A stretch of 64,000 nucleotides of DNA from Octopus sinensis (Eukaryota): contig NC_043017.1 of the NCBI RefSeq assembly GCF_006345805.1, positions 28,334,001-28,398,000 of the forward strand, in the 5' to 3' direction. The notes beneath the pieces were generated by a model. It saw nothing but the letters and a program-made list of their open reading frames with translations. It had not been told where the DNA came from and ran no database searches. This document shows positions 61,001-64,000 of the stretch, piece by piece (position 1 is the first letter of the stretch; each line of letters opens with the position of its first letter). The position numbers were made by a program, and so were the translations under genes.

Positions 61001-64000
61001 GAACTTTACCTCAAACTCGTGGAAGCACCGTAGTATTTGTTCTGACACTCAGTGTGAAAACCCTTCCCAGAAGAACTTTACCTCAAACTCGTGGAAGCAC
61101 CGTAGTATTTGTTCTGACACTCAGTGATCAAAACCCTTCCCAGAAAACTTTACCTCAAACTCGTGGAAGCACCGTAGTATTTGTTCTGACACTCAGTGAT
61201 CAAAACCTTCCCAGAAGAACTTTACCTCAAACTCGTGGAAGCACCGTAGTATTTGTTCTGACACTCAGTGATCAAAACCCTTCCCAGAAGAACTTTACCT
61301 CTCAAACTCGTGGAAGCACCGTAGTATTTGTTCTGACACTCAGTGTTCAAAACCCTTCCCAGAGAACTTTACCTCAAACTCGTGGAAGCACCGTAGTATT
61401 TGTTCTGACACTCAGTGTTCAAAACCCTTCCCAGAAGAACTTTACCTCAAACTCGTGGAAGCACAGTAGTATTTGTTCTGACACTCAGTGATCAAAACCC
61501 TTCCCAGAAGAACTTTACCTCATCAAACTCGTGGAAGCACCGTAGTATTTGTCTGAACTCAGTGATCAAAACCCTTCCCAGAAGAACTTTACCTCAAACT
61601 CGTGGAAGCACCGTAGTATTTGTTCTGATACTCAGTGATCAAAACCCTTCCCAGAAGAACTTTACCTCAAACTCGTGGAAGCACCGTAGTATTTGTTCTG
61701 ACACTCAGTGTTCAAAACCCTTCCCAGAAGAACTTTACCTCAAACTCGTGGAAGCACCGTAGTATTTGTTCTGACACTCAGTGTTCAAAACCCTTCCCAG
61801 AAGAACTTTACCTCACAAACTCGTGGAAGCACCGTAGTTTGTTCTGACACTCAGTATTCAAAACCCTTCCCAGAAGAACTTTACTTCAAACTCGTGGAAG
61901 CACCGTTAGTATTTGTTCTGACACTCAGTGTGAAAACCCTTCCCAGAAGAACTTTACCTCAACTCGTGGAAGCACCGTAGTATTTGTTCTGACACTCAGT
62001 GATCAAAACCCTTCCCAGAAGAACTTTACCTCAAACTCGTGGAAGAACCGTAGTATTTGTTCTGACAACTCAGTGATCAAAACCCTTCTCAGAAGAACTT
62101 TACCTCAAACTCGTGAAGCACCGTAGTATTTGTTCTGACACTCAGTGATCAAAACCCTTCCCAGAAGAACTTTACCCAAACTCGTGGAGCACCGTAGTAT
62201 TTGTTCTGACACTCAGTGTTCAAAACCCTTCCCAGAAGAACTTTACCTCAAACTCGTGGAAGCACCGTAGTATTTGTTCTGACACTCAGTATTCAAAACC
62301 CTTCCCAGAAGAACTTTACTTCAAACTCGTGGAAGCACCGTAGTATTTGTTCTGACACTCAGTGTGAAAACCCTTCCCAGAAGAACTTTACCTCAAACTC
62401 GTGGAAGCACCGTATATTTGTTCTGACACTCAGTGATCAAAACCCTTCCAGAAGAACTTTACCTCAAACTCGTGGAAGCACCGTAGTATTTGTTCTGACA
62501 CTCAGTATTCAAAACCCTTCCCAGAAGAACTTTACTCAAACTCGTGGAAGCACCGTAGTATTTGTTCTGACACTCAGTGTGAAAACCCTTCCCAGAAGAA
62601 CTTTACTCAAACTCGTGGAAGCACCGTAGTATTTGTTCTGACACTCAGTATTCAAAACCCTTCCCAGAAGAACTTTCCTCAAACTCGTGGAAGCACCGTA
62701 GTATTGTGTCTGACACTCAGTGATCAAAACCCTCCCAGAAGAACTTTACCTCAAACTCGTGGAAGCACCGTAGTATTTGTTCTGACACTCAGTATTCAAA
62801 ACCCTTCCAGAAGAACTTTACCTCAAACTCGTGGGGATCAACCGGTATTTGTTCTTGACACTCAGTATTCAAAACCCTTCCCAGAAGAACTTTACCTCAA
62901 ACTCGTGGAAGCACCGTAGTATTTGTTCTGACACTCAGTGAAAACCCTTCCCAGAAGACTTTACCTCAAACTCGTGGAAGCACCGTAGTATTTGTTCTGA
63001 CACTCATGATCAAACCTTCCCAGAAGAACTTTACCTCAAACTCGTGGAAGCACCGTTATTTGTTCTGACACTCAGTATTCAAACCCCTTCCCAGAAGAAC
63101 TTTACCTCAAACTCGTGGAAGCACCGTAGTATTTGTTCTGACACTCAGTGATCAAAACCCTTCCCAGAAGAACTTTACCTCAAACTCGTGGAAGCACCGT
63201 AGTATTTGTTCTGACACTCAGTGATCAAAACCCTTCCGAAGAACTTTACCTCAAACTCGTGGAAGCACCGTAGTATTTGTTCTGACACTCAGTGATCAAA
63301 ACCCTTCCCAGAAGAACTTTACCTCAACTCGTGGAAGCACCGTAGTATTGTTCTGACACTCAGTGATCAAAACCTTCTCAGAAGAACTTTACTTCAAACT
63401 CGTGGGAGGCACCGTAGTATTTGTTCTGACACTCAGTATTCAAAACCCTTCCCAGAAGAACTTTACTTCAAACTCGTGGAAGCACCGTAGTATTTGTTCT
63501 GACACTCAGTGATCAAAACCCTTCTCAGAAGAACTTTACTTCAAACTCGTGGAAGCACCGTAGTATTTGTTCTGACACTCAGTGATCAAAACCCTTCCCA
63601 GAAGAACTTTACCTCAAACTCGTGGAAGCACCGTAGTATTTGTTCTGACACTCAGTGATCAAAACCCTTCTCAGAAGAAGTTTACTTCAAACTCGTGGAA
63701 GCACCGTAGTATTTGTTCTGACACTCAGTGATCAAAACCCTTCTCAGAAGAACTTTACTTCAAACTCGTGGAAGCACCGTAGTATTTGTTCTGACACTCA
63801 GTATTCAAAACCCTTCCAGAAGAACTTACTTCAAACTCGTGGAAGCACCGTAGTATTTGTTCTGACACTCAGTGATCAAAACCCTTCTCAGAAGAACTTT
63901 ACTTCAAACTCGTGGAAGCAGCGTAGTATTTGTTCTGACACTCAGTGATCAAAACCCTTCCCAGAAGAACTTTACCTCAAACTCGTGGAAGCACCGTAGT
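58033..64000. repeat. 72/73-bp tandem satellite, about 80 monomers, running off the window end
   Basis: Monomer AAACTCGTGGAAGCACCGTAGTATTTGTTCTGACACTCAGT[GATC/GTTC/ATTC/GTG]AAAACCCTTCCCAGAAGAACTTTAC[C/T]TC. Confidence 0.98.

Noticed and set aside
59754-61127. 457-aa ORF and the other satellite ORFs
   Set aside because: They arise because the 72-bp monomer is a multiple of three; frames shift with each 73-bp monomer, so there is no consistent coding signal.
58033-64000. CRISPR-like array
   Set aside because: The repeats are contiguous with no unique spacers, there are no cas genes, and the context is eukaryotic.

Overview
AT-rich, repeat-dominated eukaryotic (animal) genomic DNA. The SINE families, dense (TA)/(CA)/(AAT) microsatellites and transposon mix strongly suggest an octopus/coleoid cephalopod; this is inference from recalled repeat types, not a database search. 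No intact protein-coding gene is recognisable, and nearly all ORFs in the supplied track are microsatellite, SINE or satellite artefacts. Contents: three tRNA-derived SINE groups (here A, B, C; probably the octopus OK/OR1/OR2 families, not individually assigned); LINE 3' ends (CR1, RTE, several R4/Dong-like ends in TAA tracts); a Penelope-like RT/GIY-YIG fragment with an inverted pLTR; a near-complete dead mariner; DD37D (maT) remnants; three non-autonomous Helitrons; MITEs with 8-bp TSDs; and a 72/73-bp satellite filling the last 6 kb. Most interesting: (1) a spacerless 510-bp head-to-head palindrome (38577-39086) whose arms are each a tRNA-like Pol III head joined to a Penelope-type minimal hammerhead ribozyme, i.e. 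a candidate Penelope-mobilised ribozyme SINE; (2) a SINE subfamily that appears to insert repeatedly into one fixed site (GGTATTTC) in its own family's tRNA head, giving 184-bp tandem arrays (8 such junctions in the window); (3) two further hammerhead candidates. A few weak candidate exons are noted at low confidence.
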